Shown: positions 1-9,815 of the stretch, piece after piece
Numbering within the stretch: the stretch's first letter is position 1
Layout of the letters: the number at the start of each line of letters is the position of its first letter
Assembly (NCBI RefSeq): GCF_000260965.1
Contig: NC_017856.1
Location: 990,001 to 1,022,000 of the forward strand
Reading direction: 5' to 3'
DNA length: 32,000 bases
From: Methylophaga frappieri
GTDB lineage: Bacteria; Pseudomonadota; Gammaproteobacteria; Nitrosococcales; Methylophagaceae
Made by a program: the position numbers and the translations under genes
Notes under the pieces: generated by a model
Told to the model about the DNA's origin: nothing
The model's input: only the letters and a program-made list of their open reading frames with translations
The model's database searches: none

Positions 1-1326
1 ATTCTGGTCGATCCCGAAGGTGCGCTGGAGAAGCGCAACCACTGGGAGAAGACTTCGCACGCGCTGCTGGTAGGGGCCATCTTGCATGTGCTGTACGCGG
101 GCGAGGACAAGACCCTGCGCGGCGTCGCCAACTTCCTTTCCGATCCGGCCAGCCCGTTCGAGCTGACCTTGCACAGGATGATGACGACGAAGCACCTGGG
201 CGATGCACCGCACCCGGTTGTCGCGTCCGCTGCGCGCGAAGTGCTGAACAAGTCGGACAACGAACGCTCGGGCGTGTTGAGCACCGCCATGTCGTTCCTC
301 GGCCTGTACCGCGACCCCACCGTGGCGGAAGTGACTTCGCGCTGCGACTGGCGCATCGCCGACCTGATCGCATCCGAGCATCCGGTGTCCCTCTATCTGG
401 TAGTGCCGCCCTCGGACATATCGCGCACCAAACCACTGATCCGGCTGATCCTCAACCAGATCGGCCGGCGGCTCACCGAATCGCTCGACGGCAGCGACGG
501 CATCGAGCGCCGCCACAAGCTGCTGCTGATGCTCGACGAGTTCCCGGCGCTGGGCCGCCTGGACTTCTTCGAGACGGCGCTCGCCTTCATGGCCGGCTAC
601 GGCATCCGCAGCTTTCTCATCGCACAGTCGCTCAACCAGATCGACAAAGCCTACGGCCAGAACCATTCGATTCTGGATAACTGCCATGTCCGCGTGACGT
701 TCGCCACCAACGACGAACGCACCGCCAAACGCATTTCCGAAACCTTGGGCACCGCCACCGAACTGCGCGCCCAGCGCAACTATGCCGGGCACAGATTGGC
801 CCCTTGGCTGGGGCACCTGATGGTGTCGCGGCAGGAGACGGCACGGCCGCTGCTGACGCCGGGCGAAGTGATGCAGCTTCCGACCGACGAAGCCGTGGTG
901 ATGGTGTCCAGCGTGGCACCGATCAAGGCCAAGAAGCTGCGCTACTACGCCGACGCGAATTTCAAGAACCGCGTTTTGCCGCCGCCCGCGCTCGCGGCCG
1001 GGCAGTACGCCGACGCACCACCGGCCCGGCCCGACGACTGGAGCGGCCTGGCGATCCCCGCTGAACCAGCGGCCCCGGCTGCGAGCTTGTCCAGCGATGG
1101 AGCAGGCACCGCCGATGACGGCGGCCCGCGCCGCCAGCCGGAGCTATCCGAAGTCGTGGAATACAGCCCCGAACCGCAGCCCGCCGGCAACGACCTGGCG
1201 CTGCTCGATGACGACGACGACCTGCCGCTGCCAGGTCTTGCCTCTCTCCCCGGCCAGCTCGACCCGGCCATGCAGCGCACGGCCCGGCTCGCATCGCTGA
1301 ATCCCAACGACGGAATCGACCTATGA
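1..1326 (+). CDS. traG: Conjugal coupling protein TraG/VirD4, C-terminal part (5' end cut by window edge)
   Basis: Frame 1 is open from nt 1 (ILVDPEGALEKRNHWEKTSHALL...). It shows a Walker-B-like LLLMLDEFPALG and the conserved FLIAQSLNQIDKAYG / VRVTFATND blocks typical of TraG/VirD4. An acidic/Pro-rich tail ends at the TGA at 1324-1326. Confidence 0.85.
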   Translation: MLVDPEGALEKRNHWEKTSHALLVGAILHVLYAGEDKTLRGVANFLSDPASPFELTLHRMMTTKHLGDAPHPVVASAAREVLNKSDNERSGVLSTAMSFLGLYRDPTVAEVTSRCDWRIADLIASEHPVSLYLVVPPSDISRTKPLIRLILNQIGRRLTESLDGSDGIERRHKLLLMLDEFPALGRLDFFETALAFMAGYGIRSFLIAQSLNQIDKAYGQNHSILDNCHVRVTFATNDERTAKRISETLGTATELRAQRNYAGHRLAPWLGHLMVSRQETARPLLTPGEVMQLPTDEAVVMVSSVAPIKAKKLRYYADANFKNRVLPPPALAAGQYADAPPARPDDWSGLAIPAEPAAPAASLSSDGAGTADDGGPRRQPELSEVVEYSPEPQPAGNDLALLDDDDDLPLPGLASLPGQLDPAMQRTARLASLNPNDGIDL

Positions 1327-1799
1327 GCCAGTACCGCCTCAACCTGTTCATCCAGCCCGAACATGCCAAGCGCCTAGACGAACTGGCCGCCAAGAAAGGC
1401 GTCTCGAAGTCCAGCATCGTGGCCGCCGCCTTGGCGTCCTGGCTGTCGCCGGATGCCGGCGACCAGCGCGAGGCGGCGATTGCCAAGCGCCTTGATCGCC
1501 TGTCGCGGCAGGCCGAGCGCCTGGAACGCGACCAGAACGTCGAAATCGAAACGCTGGCGCTGTTCATCCGCTACTTCCTGACCGTCAGCACGCCGATTCC
1601 CGAAGCCCATCAGGACGCGGCCCGTGCGCAGGGCAAGGCGCGCTTCGAGCAGTTCGTGGAACAGCTTGGCCGCCACCTGCTGCGCGGCCGCAGCCTGGTG
1701 CGCGACGTAGTGGAGGAACTACACCCCGACCCGGTGCGAATGGATGACGCGGCGGCGCTGGCTGAAGCCCAAGAACGTACTGCGGAGCGTGCCTCATGA
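1323..1799 (+). CDS. Ribbon-helix-helix (CopG-like) protein between traG and trbB
   Basis: ATGA overlap with the traG stop. The N-terminus (RLNLFIQPEHAKRLDELAAKKGVSKSSIVAAALASWL) has the beta-strand/helix/helix pattern of RHH regulators. This position is conserved in this type of ICE (from memory). Confidence 0.6.
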   Translation: MSQYRLNLFIQPEHAKRLDELAAKKGVSKSSIVAAALASWLSPDAGDQREAAIAKRLDRLSRQAERLERDQNVEIETLALFIRYFLTVSTPIPEAHQDAARAQGKARFEQFVEQLGRHLLRGRSLVRDVVEELHPDPVRMDDAAALAEAQERTAERAS

Positions 1800-2863
1800 G
1801 CGCCGTTCCGCAAACCCCGCCCGAACGCTCATCCGCTGCGGCTTCGCTGGATCGCCGTATCCAGATGCTGCGCACGGCAATGGGGCCGGTCATCGCCGCC
1901 GCGCTGGCCGACCCTGACGTGGTGGAAATCATGCTCAACCCCGACCGCACCCTATGGGTGGATCGGCTGTCGTCGGGCCGCACGCCGCTGGGCGTGGAAC
2001 TGTCCGAAGACGATGGCGAACGCATCATCCGACTGGTGGCCGCGCACGTCGGCGCGGAAGTGCATCGCGGCCGACCGTTGCTGACCGCCGAGCTGCCCGA
2101 AACCGGCGAGCGGTTCGAGGGCATCTTGCCACCGGCTGCGCCTGGCCCGGCCTTCGCGCTGCGCAAGCGCGCCGTGAGCATCATCGGCCTGGATCGCTAC
2201 GTCGCCGATGGCATCCTGACCACAGGCCAAGCGGACTTCCTGCGCTGCGCCGTGCGCGAGCGCCAGAACATCCTAATCGCCGGGGCGACGAGCAGCGGCA
2301 AGACCACGCTGGCGAACGCGCTGCTGGCCGAGATCGCCGCCACGGGCGACCGCGTGCTGGTGCTCGAAGACACCATCGAGCTGCAATGTGCAGCCCGTGA
2401 CCATGTGCCGTTGCGGACACGCGCGGGCGTCGTGTCCATGACCGAGCTGGTGCGCGCCACGATGCGCCTGCGCCCCGACCGCGTGATCGTCGGCGAAGTG
2501 CGCGGCGGCGAAGCCCTGGACTTGGTGAAGGTGTGGGGCACGGGCCACCCCGGCGGCATCGCCACGATCCATGCCGGCTCCGCGCTGGGCGCGCTGCTGC
2601 GCATGGAGCAACTGATTCTCGAAGTGGCGGTGAACCCGCCGCGTGCGCTGATCGCCGAGGCGGTCAACGTGGTGATCCACATCGCCGGACGCGGCCGCAA
2701 GCGCCGCGTCGAGAGCATCGCCCGTGTCGTTGGCTTCGATGGCGCGGGCTACCGCCTGGCGGACGCGCTGGAAACGCCGTTTCCCGAGCTGACGCCGGTT
2801 CCTCTCGCAGCCGATGCCGCTGCGCCTTCCCCGTCCCTTGACCAACCTGGAGAACTGCCATGA
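1796..2863 (+). CDS. trbB: TrbB, VirB11-family secretion ATPase
   Basis: Walker A GATSSGKTT, Walker B/Asp box RVLVLEDTIEL, His box GTGHPGGIATIHA. ATGA overlap with the upstream gene. Confidence 0.9.
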   Translation: MSAVPQTPPERSSAAASLDRRIQMLRTAMGPVIAAALADPDVVEIMLNPDRTLWVDRLSSGRTPLGVELSEDDGERIIRLVAAHVGAEVHRGRPLLTAELPETGERFEGILPPAAPGPAFALRKRAVSIIGLDRYVADGILTTGQADFLRCAVRERQNILIAGATSSGKTTLANALLAEIAATGDRVLVLEDTIELQCAARDHVPLRTRAGVVSMTELVRATMRLRPDRVIVGEVRGGEALDLVKVWGTGHPGGIATIHAGSALGALLRMEQLILEVAVNPPRALIAEAVNVVIHIAGRGRKRRVESIARVVGFDGAGYRLADALETPFPELTPVPLAADAAAPSPSLDQPGELP

Positions 2864-3246
2864 CGCACGCCCATGCTTTCCGTCTTTCCGTAAATCCGCT
2901 TTCCCACCTGTCCAGCCTCGCGCGGCTGCGCAGCCTGGCCCGCCCGGCGGGGCAAGGACTGCTGCTGGCCGCGCTGCTGCTGTTCCTGGCCGGAACGGCG
3001 CAGGCCGCCGGTTCCTCGATGCCGTGGGAAGGCCCGCTGCAATCCATTCTGGAGTCGATCCAGGGGCCGGTGGCGCGCATCGTCGCGGTCATCATCATCA
3101 TCGCCACTGGCTTGGCGCTCGCCTTCGGTGACACGTCGGGCGGATTCCGCAAGCTGATCCAGATCGTGTTCGGCCTGTCTATCGCGTTCGCGGCTTCGAG
3201 CTTCTTCCTGTCGTTCTTCAGCTTCTCCGGCGGGGCGGTCGTATGA
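2860..3246 (+). CDS. trbC: TrbC, VirB2-like pilin precursor
   Basis: 128 aa with a long leader ending AQAAG, followed by two hydrophobic helices (VARIVAVIIIIATGLALAF, IVFGLSIAFAASSFF). Sits between trbB and trbD. Confidence 0.75.
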   Translation: MTHAHAFRLSVNPLSHLSSLARLRSLARPAGQGLLLAALLLFLAGTAQAAGSSMPWEGPLQSILESIQGPVARIVAVIIIIATGLALAFGDTSGGFRKLIQIVFGLSIAFAASSFFLSFFSFSGGAVV

Positions 3247-3515
3247 GCGGGCCGGATAGCTTCGCGGCCGGCTTCGAGGTGCCGCTGCATCGCTCGCTGA
3301 CCGAGCCGCTTTTGATGGGCGGCGCGCCGCGTACCGTGGCGATTGCCAACGGCACGCTGGCCGCCGCCGTCGGGCTGGGCCTTCAACTCTGGATTCCCGG
3401 TGTCGTGCTCTGGATCGTCGGCCATTCGCTGGCCGTGTGGGGCGCGCGCGTGGATCCGCAGTTCATGCAGGTCTTCGCCCGGCACATCAAGCACAAGCCG
3501 CTGCTGGACGTGTGA
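3243..3515 (+). CDS. trbD: TrbD, VirB3-like inner-membrane protein
   Basis: 90 aa with the LHRSLTEPLLMGGAPR motif typical of VirB3/TrbD and hydrophobic segments. Overlaps the trbC stop. Confidence 0.75.
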   Translation: MSGPDSFAAGFEVPLHRSLTEPLLMGGAPRTVAIANGTLAAAVGLGLQLWIPGVVLWIVGHSLAVWGARVDPQFMQVFARHIKHKPLLDV

Positions 3516-3525
3516 GGGGGATGCC

Positions 3526-5958
3526 ATGCTGAACCTTGCCGAATACCGCCAGCGGCCCGCGCTGCTCGCCGACTGGCTGCCTTGGGCTGGCCTGGTCGCG
3601 CCAGGTGTCGTCTTGAACAAGGACGGCAGCTTTCAGCGCACAGCCCGTTTCCGTGGCCCCGACCTCGACAGCGCCACGCAAGGCGAGCTGATCGCCACCA
3701 CGGCGCGGCTGAACAACGCACTGCGCCGGCTGGGTTCGGGCTGGGCGCTGTTCGTGGAAGCCGAGCGCCGGCCAGCGGCGGACTATCCGCATTCCGACTT
3801 CCCCGAACCGCTGTCGTGGCTGGTGGACGAGGAGCGCCGCGCCGCCTTCGAGGAATCGGGCAACCACTTCGAGAGCACCTATCACCTGACGCTGACCTAT
3901 CTGCCGCCGGAGGAATCCCGCGCCCGCGCGGCCAAGCTGCTCTACGAGCACGCGCCGGGCGAGGGCGTGGACTGGCGCGGCCGGCTCGACGCCTTCGTGG
4001 CGGAAACCAATCGCGTGTTCGACCTGCTCGATGGCGTGATGCCCGAAATCGGCTGGCTCGATGACGCGCAGACACTGACCTACCTGCACGCCACGGTTTC
4101 GACGCGACGCTATCGCATTGGCGTGCCCGAGGTGCCATTCCACCTCGACGCGCTGCTGGCCGACTCCGCCTTGGTCGGTGGCCTCGCGCCCATGCTGGGC
4201 GACCAGCATCTGCGCGTGGTGTCGGTGCGGGGATTCCCGACTTCGACCTGGCCGGGCCTGCTGGACGACCTCAACCGCCTGGGCTTTGCCTATCGCTGGA
4301 GTACCCGGTTTCTCTGCCTCGACAAAGCCGAGGCGGAAAAGGAGCTGGGCCGCCTGCGTCGCCAATGGTTTGCGAAACGGAAGAACGTCATTGCGCTGCT
4401 GCGCGAAACCATCTTCCAGCAGGAATCGCCTCTGGTGGACACGGATGCCAGCAACAAGGCGGCCGACGCGGACGCCGCCTTGCAGGAGCTGGGCAGCGAT
4501 CAAGTGGCCTTCGGCTACCTGACGGCCACCGTCACCGTGATGGACACCGATGCCGCTGCGGCCGACGAAAAGCTGCGCATGGTGGAGCGCGTCATCCAGG
4601 GTCGGGGCTTCGTGACCATCCCCGAAACCTTGAATGCAGTCGATGCGTGGCTGTCGTCCATACCGGGCAACGCCTATGCCAACGTGCGCCAGCCCATCGT
4701 ATCGACGCTGAACCTGGCGCACATGATGCCGGTATCCGCCGTGTGGGCCGGGCCGGAGAAAAATGCTCACCTCGACGGCCCGCCGCTGATCGTCACGCGC
4801 ACCGATGGCGCGACGCCGTTCCGGCTGGTGACGCACATCGGCGACGTGGGGCACACGCTGGTCGCTGGCCCGACCGGCATGGGCAAGTCCGTTTTGCTGG
4901 CGATGCTGGCCTTGCAGTTCCGTCGCTACTTCGGTTCGCGCATCTTCGCCTTCGACATGGGACGATCCATGCGGGCGACGGTGCTGGGCCTGGGCGGTGA
5001 ACACTACGACCTCGGCGCGGATGGCGGCATTGCCTTTCAGCCACTGGCACGGATCGACCGCGTGGGTTATCGCACCTGGGCCGCCGAATGGGTGGAAGGC
5101 CGCCTGCTGCACGAAGGCGTGACCGTCGGCCCGGATGAGAAGGCGGCCATCTGGTCGGCGCTCGGCAGTCTGGCCGGTGCGCCGGTGGAACAGCGCACCA
5201 TGACCGGCCTTTCGGTGCTGCTGCAATCGAACGCGCTGCGCCAGGCCCTGTCGCCCTATGTGCTCGGCGGCGCGCACGGCAAGCTGCTGGATGCCGACCG
5301 CGATCGGCTCGGCAGCGGCGACGTGCAGGGCTTCGAGATGGAAGAACTGATGCACAGCCCCGCCGCCGTGCAGGCGGTGCTGCGCTACCTGTTCGCCCGC
5401 TTCGATGCGCGTTTCGACGGTGCGCCCACGCTGCTGATCCTCGATGAAGCCTGGCTGTTCCTCGATGAACCGTCGTTCGCCGCCCGCATCCGGCAATGGC
5501 TCAAGACGCTGCGCAAGAAGAACGTCAGCGTCATTTTCGCCACGCAATCGCTGGCCGACATCAAGGATTCGAGCATTGCCCCGGCGGTGATCGAAAGCTG
5601 CGCCAGTCGGATTTTTCTCCCTAACCCGCAGGCGACCGAGCCGCAGATTCGCACGATCTACGAAGGCTTCGGGCTGAACTCGCGGCAAATCGAAATCGTC
5701 GCTACCGCGCAGCCCAAGCGTGATTACTACTACCAGTCGAGCCTCGGCAATCGACTGTTCGACCTCGACCTGGGACCAGCCGCGCTCGCCTTCGCGGGCG
5801 CATCCACACCGCAAGACCAACGCGACATCGACTGCGTGCTGACGCAGGACGGCGCTCCCGGCTTCGCCGGTGCGTGGCTGCGCCATCGCGGCCTCAATTG
5901 GGCTGCCGATCTGCTGCCTTCTTCCCCCGCTTTTCAACTACCGGAGGTTTCACCATGA
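3526..5958 (+). CDS. trbE: TrbE, VirB4-family ATPase
   Basis: I place the start at ATG 3526 (MLNLAEYRQRPALL), preceded by GAGGGGG. The track ORF start at 3343 would overlap all of trbD. Walker A GPTGMGKS and Walker B LLILDEAW are present. Confidence 0.9.
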   Translation: MLNLAEYRQRPALLADWLPWAGLVAPGVVLNKDGSFQRTARFRGPDLDSATQGELIATTARLNNALRRLGSGWALFVEAERRPAADYPHSDFPEPLSWLVDEERRAAFEESGNHFESTYHLTLTYLPPEESRARAAKLLYEHAPGEGVDWRGRLDAFVAETNRVFDLLDGVMPEIGWLDDAQTLTYLHATVSTRRYRIGVPEVPFHLDALLADSALVGGLAPMLGDQHLRVVSVRGFPTSTWPGLLDDLNRLGFAYRWSTRFLCLDKAEAEKELGRLRRQWFAKRKNVIALLRETIFQQESPLVDTDASNKAADADAALQELGSDQVAFGYLTATVTVMDTDAAAADEKLRMVERVIQGRGFVTIPETLNAVDAWLSSIPGNAYANVRQPIVSTLNLAHMMPVSAVWAGPEKNAHLDGPPLIVTRTDGATPFRLVTHIGDVGHTLVAGPTGMGKSVLLAMLALQFRRYFGSRIFAFDMGRSMRATVLGLGGEHYDLGADGGIAFQPLARIDRVGYRTWAAEWVEGRLLHEGVTVGPDEKAAIWSALGSLAGAPVEQRTMTGLSVLLQSNALRQALSPYVLGGAHGKLLDADRDRLGSGDVQGFEMEELMHSPAAVQAVLRYLFARFDARFDGAPTLLILDEAWLFLDEPSFAARIRQWLKTLRKKNVSVIFATQSLADIKDSSIAPAVIESCASRIFLPNPQATEPQIRTIYEGFGLNSRQIEIVATAQPKRDYYYQSSLGNRLFDLDLGPAALAFAGASTPQDQRDIDCVLTQDGAPGFAGAWLRHRGLNWAADLLPSSPAFQLPEVSP

Positions 5959-6698
5959 AAACCCAACCCCGTTTGCTGTCCGTCTCGCTCGCCGCAGTGC
6001 TGTCGGTGTCACTGTTGTCCGTTCAGCCTGCGTCTGCGCTGACGGTGTTCGACCCGTCCAACTTCGTGCAGAACACACTGACTGCCGTTCGCACCCTGGA
6101 GCAGATCAACAACCAGATCAACCAGCTTCAAAACGAAGCACAGATGCTGATGAACCAGGCGCGCAATCTGGCGAAGCTGGACTTCAACATCGTCAACCGG
6201 CTGCGCTCGACGCTCGCCACCACCGAACGCCTGATCGCCGAGGCGCAAGGGCTGGCTTTTGATGTGCAGAACATGGATGCCACGTTCTCGCGCCTGTACC
6301 CGGAGCAGTACGCCGCCACCATCAGCGGCGACCAGATGCTGCGCGATGCGCAGGAGCGCTGGAAAAACACGCTGAACGGCCTGCACACCGCGATGCGGAT
6401 GCAGGCGCAGGTGTCGCAGAACCTGGCCCAAGACGAAAGCGCACTGGCCGACCTCGTGAGCCAAAGCCAATCGGCCACCGGCGCACTGCAAGCCATGCAG
6501 GCAACGAACCAGCTTCTCGCCTTGCAGGCCAAGCAGTCCATCCAGGCCCAGCAGCTCCAGATCACGCAAGACCGGGCGGCCTCGCTGGAGCTGGCGCGGC
6601 AGGCGGCGGCGGTGGAACGCGGGCGCGAAGTGACCCGGCGCTTTCTGAGCAGCGGCACGCCGTACACGCCCGAGCGCGTGAATTTCTACGGGAACTGA
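5955..6698 (+). CDS. trbJ: TrbJ, VirB5-like periplasmic protein
   Basis: ATG 5955 has a GGAGG 7 nt upstream and an ATGA overlap with the trbE stop. Signal peptide MKTQPRLLSVSLAAVLSVSLLSVQPASA, followed by a Gln/Leu-rich coiled coil. Confidence 0.8.
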   Translation: MKTQPRLLSVSLAAVLSVSLLSVQPASALTVFDPSNFVQNTLTAVRTLEQINNQINQLQNEAQMLMNQARNLAKLDFNIVNRLRSTLATTERLIAEAQGLAFDVQNMDATFSRLYPEQYAATISGDQMLRDAQERWKNTLNGLHTAMRMQAQVSQNLAQDESALADLVSQSQSATGALQAMQATNQLLALQAKQSIQAQQLQITQDRAASLELARQAAAVERGREVTRRFLSSGTPYTPERVNFYGN

Positions 6699-6710
6699 CG
6701 AGGGGCTGCC

Positions 6711-8090
6711 ATGAACAACGTGACGGTCATTGATCGCTTCCTCGATACCTTCTCGCGCTACATCGACTCGGGCTTTGGACTGTTGCAGGGCGAAGTGGCG
6801 TTCCTGACCGCCACGCTGATCGTCATCGACATGACGATTGCCGGGCTGTACTGGGCGATGAGCCACGCCACTGGCCAGGGCGAGGACGTGATCGCCAAGC
6901 TGCTGCGCAAGGTGCTCTACGTCGGTGCCTTCGCCTACATCCTCAACAACTTCAACTGGCTGGCCGGCATCGTGTTCCGCTCCTTTGCCGGACTGGGTCT
7001 GACCGCATCCGGCTCGACCCTGACGATGGAGAACTTCCTTCAGCCGGGCCGATTGGCCAAAACAGGCATTGACGCGGCTGCGCCGCTTCTTGACCAGATC
7101 AGCGACATGGCGGGCTTCCCCGAAGTGTTCGTGAACATGACGCCCATCGTGGTCATGTTCCTGGCCTGGGCGATGGTGATCCTGTGTTTCTTCGTGCTGG
7201 CGATCCAGCTTTTTATCACCCTGATCGAATTCAAGCTGACCACGCTCGCGGGCTTCGTGCTGGTGCCGTTCGCGCTGTGGAACAAGACCAGCTTTCTGGC
7301 CGAAAAGGTGCTGGGCAATGTGGTGTCGTCGGGCATCAAGGTGCTGGTGCTGGCGGTGATCGTCGGCATTGGCTCTGGCCTGTTTGCTCAGTTCCAGGTG
7401 CATCCGGCCGAACCCTCCATTGACCATGCGCTGGTCATCATGCTGGCCGCGCTGACGCTACTGGCGCTGGGGATCTTCGGGCCGGGTATTGCTACCGGGC
7501 TGGTATCCGGTGCGCCGCAGTTGGGGGCTGGCGCCATGGCCGGTGCGGCCATTGGCGCAGCAGGAGCGGCGGTTGCCGTGGGGGCTGCCGCCACAGGGGT
7601 AGGAGGTGCCGTGATGGCCGGGGCAAGGATGGCACCGGCTGCTGCCAAGCTCGCAGGCGCTGGTGCGCGGGCCGCCACCTCAGCGGCTGGCAGCGCCAAG
7701 TCGGCATTTCAAGCCGGTTCCGCTGCTGCGGGCGGCGGTGCCAAAGGCGCGATGGCGGGATTGGGCAATGTTGCCAAGAGTGGTGCGCAAGCGGCTGGAC
7801 AACGCGCCAGTGCAGGCATCAAGTCAGCGGCAGCGAAGACGACTGCACCTTTCAAGGCAGGCTGGCAAGGCTCTAGCACAGATGGCGGCTCAGGTAGTAG
7901 CGCTGCAGCTTCCGGGCAAGCCGCCTCTGACGAAGCCAACTCTCAGAAGCAAGAACAACCCGGCTGGGCCAAGCGCCTGCATCGCCGACAACAACTCACC
8001 CAGGCCACTACGACTGCCGCGCACACGCTGCGCGGTGGCGACGGTGGTGGTTCGGGCCAAGGCCCAAGCCTGCGGGATTCCGATAGCTGA
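6711..8090 (+). CDS. trbL: TrbL, VirB6-like polytopic membrane protein with Ala/Gly-rich tail
   Basis: Multiple TM helices in the N-terminal 260 aa. The C-terminal 200 aa are low-complexity A/G/S-rich, as is usual for TrbL. Position is after trbJ. Confidence 0.8.
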   Translation: MNNVTVIDRFLDTFSRYIDSGFGLLQGEVAFLTATLIVIDMTIAGLYWAMSHATGQGEDVIAKLLRKVLYVGAFAYILNNFNWLAGIVFRSFAGLGLTASGSTLTMENFLQPGRLAKTGIDAAAPLLDQISDMAGFPEVFVNMTPIVVMFLAWAMVILCFFVLAIQLFITLIEFKLTTLAGFVLVPFALWNKTSFLAEKVLGNVVSSGIKVLVLAVIVGIGSGLFAQFQVHPAEPSIDHALVIMLAALTLLALGIFGPGIATGLVSGAPQLGAGAMAGAAIGAAGAAVAVGAAATGVGGAVMAGARMAPAAAKLAGAGARAATSAAGSAKSAFQAGSAAAGGGAKGAMAGLGNVAKSGAQAAGQRASAGIKSAAAKTTAPFKAGWQGSSTDGGSGSSAAASGQAASDEANSQKQEQPGWAKRLHRRQQLTQATTTAAHTLRGGDGGGSGQGPSLRDSDS

Positions 8091-8107
8091 TTTTCAAGGA
8101 GAACTCC

Positions 8108-8812
8108 ATGCGATTCAAACGACCGCAGGTGCGCTATGCCGATACGCCGCAGCCTGCCACCCCGTATCAAGCCGCAGCCCAGGTGTGGGACGAGCGCATC
8201 GGCTCGGCCCGCGTGCAGGCGAAGAACTGGCGGCTGATGGCCTTTGGCTGCCTGGTGCTCGCGCTGGTGATGGCCGGTGGCCTGGTGTGGCGCTCGGCCC
8301 AATCCATCGTCACGCCCTATGTCATCGAGGTCGATCAGTCCGGCCAGGTGCGCACTGTGGGTGAAGCGGCCACGCCGTACCGGCCCACCGATGCGCAGAC
8401 GGCGCACCACATCGCGCGTTTCGTGACGCTGGTGCGCTCGCTGTCCATCGACCCCATTGTCGTGCGCCAGAACTGGCTCGATGCCTACGACTACACCACC
8501 GACCGGGGCGCGGCGGTGCTCAACGACTATGCGCGGGTGAATGACCCGTTCGCCCGCATCGGCAAGGAATCGGTGACGGTGCAGATCACCAGTGTGGTTC
8601 GCGCCAGCGATGCATCGTTCAACGTGCGCTGGACGGAACGCCGCTACGTCAATGGCGCGGCTGCTGGCCTGGAGAGATGGACGGCGGTGGTGTCCATCGT
8701 GCAGCAGACCCCGCGCACCGAAGAGCGTCTGCGCCGCAACCCGCTAGGCATCTACGTCAATGGCCTGTCGTGGAGCCGTGAACTGGATTCTTCTGAAGGA
8801 GTGAAGCCATGA
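8108..8812 (+). CDS. trbF: TrbF, VirB8-like protein
   Basis: 234 aa with a single N-proximal TM (WRLMAFGCLVLALVMAGGLVW) followed by an NTF2-like domain pattern. AGGAGA RBS upstream. Confidence 0.8.
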   Translation: MRFKRPQVRYADTPQPATPYQAAAQVWDERIGSARVQAKNWRLMAFGCLVLALVMAGGLVWRSAQSIVTPYVIEVDQSGQVRTVGEAATPYRPTDAQTAHHIARFVTLVRSLSIDPIVVRQNWLDAYDYTTDRGAAVLNDYARVNDPFARIGKESVTVQITSVVRASDASFNVRWTERRYVNGAAAGLERWTAVVSIVQQTPRTEERLRRNPLGIYVNGLSWSRELDSSEGVKP

Positions 8813-9813
8813 ATGCACGTATCCGTAAAACCGCATTGCCGGTGATCCTGCTGGCATCGACTGTTCTGTTTGCGGGCTGCGCCACGCAGGGCAAACCGCC
8901 GCCGGTGATCTCGCTCGATGAGCCGGTGCAGGCCCAGCCACTGCCCGAGCCGCCCAAGCCCATCGAAGTGGTGGCAGTGCCCGAGCCGTTGGCATTGCCC
9001 GCACAGTTGAAGCCGCTGCCGGACGTTGATGCGGCCCCGACCACGCCGGAGCCTGCCGACGAGAAGGTGCGCGTCTCGCGTGCCAATGCTGAAGCACGGA
9101 TCGCGCCGACCCGTGAGGGCTACGTCAATGCGATCCAGGTCTGGCCTTTCACCGATGGCGCGCTGTACCAGGTCTATGCGTCCGTGGGCCGCGTGACGGT
9201 GATCGCGCTCCAACCCGGTGAGGAACTGGTGACGGTCGCTGCGGGTGACACAGTGCGCTGGATCGTGGGCGACACCTCCAGCGGCAGCGGGGCCGATCTG
9301 CGCGTCAATGTATTGGTGAAGCCTATCCGCTCTGGCCTGAAAACCAATCTGGTCATCACCACCAGCCGCCGCACCTATCTGCTGGAACTGACTTCGACCG
9401 ACAAGGCGTGGATGGCCTCAGTGTCCTGGGACTACCCGAAGGATCGGATGCTGGCCTTGCAGCGCCAGGCGCAGGCGGCCAGCGCCGCCGCGCCGGTCGA
9501 TGTGGGCCTGTCTTTGGAGAGCATCCGGTTTCGCTATGCGGTCAGCGGCAGCAATCCGCCGTGGAAACCGCTGCGCGCCTTCGATGACGGTGAGAAGGTC
9601 TATATCCAGTTCCCGGCAGGCATCGCCCAGGGCGAGCTGCCCCCGCTGTTTGTCATCGGCGCGCAGGGCGACGGGCAACTGGTGAATTATCGCTTCCGCT
9701 CGCCGTACTACATCGTGGATCGCCTGTTCGGTGCTGCCGAACTGCGTCTGGGAGCCGACAAGGGCGACGTAGTGCGCATCGAGCGCACGGATGGCGTCGC
9801 CGGGAGGAACTGA
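8809..9813 (+). CDS. trbG: TrbG, VirB9-like outer-membrane-associated protein (lipoprotein signal)
   Basis: Lipobox LFAGC after the signal peptide and a Pro-rich linker. Conserved VirB9 blocks are present (VTVIALQPGE, TNLVITTSRRTYLLEL, YIVDRLF). Confidence 0.85.
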   Translation: MNARIRKTALPVILLASTVLFAGCATQGKPPPVISLDEPVQAQPLPEPPKPIEVVAVPEPLALPAQLKPLPDVDAAPTTPEPADEKVRVSRANAEARIAPTREGYVNAIQVWPFTDGALYQVYASVGRVTVIALQPGEELVTVAAGDTVRWIVGDTSSGSGADLRVNVLVKPIRSGLKTNLVITTSRRTYLLELTSTDKAWMASVSWDYPKDRMLALQRQAQAASAAAPVDVGLSLESIRFRYAVSGSNPPWKPLRAFDDGEKVYIQFPAGIAQGELPPLFVIGAQGDGQLVNYRFRSPYYIVDRLFGAAELRLGADKGDVVRIERTDGVAGRN

Positions 9814-9815
9814 GC

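Noticed and set aside
3343-3525. N-terminal extension of trbE given by the ORF track
   Set aside because: It would overlap almost all of trbD in another frame. The internal ATG 3526 has a good RBS and gives the conserved TrbE N-terminus.
3487-5937. 816-aa ORF antisense to trbE
   Set aside because: This is a shadow ORF typical of DNA at about 65 % GC. The translation is Arg/Gly/Ala/His-rich low complexity with no motifs, whereas the sense strand encodes a complete VirB4 ATPase with Walker motifs.
6009-7427. 472-aa ORF antisense to trbJ/trbL, and similar antisense ORFs at 2664-3620, 10775-11683, 962-1567 and 1585-2184
   Set aside because: Same reason: GC-driven stop-codon depletion on the opposite strand, no RBS or start context, and composition unlike real proteins.
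7490-8090. Ala/Gly-rich repetitive stretch considered as a tandem DNA repeat or separate gene
   Set aside because: There is no exact nucleotide periodicity. It is the usual low-complexity C-terminal tail of TrbL, in frame with the membrane domain.
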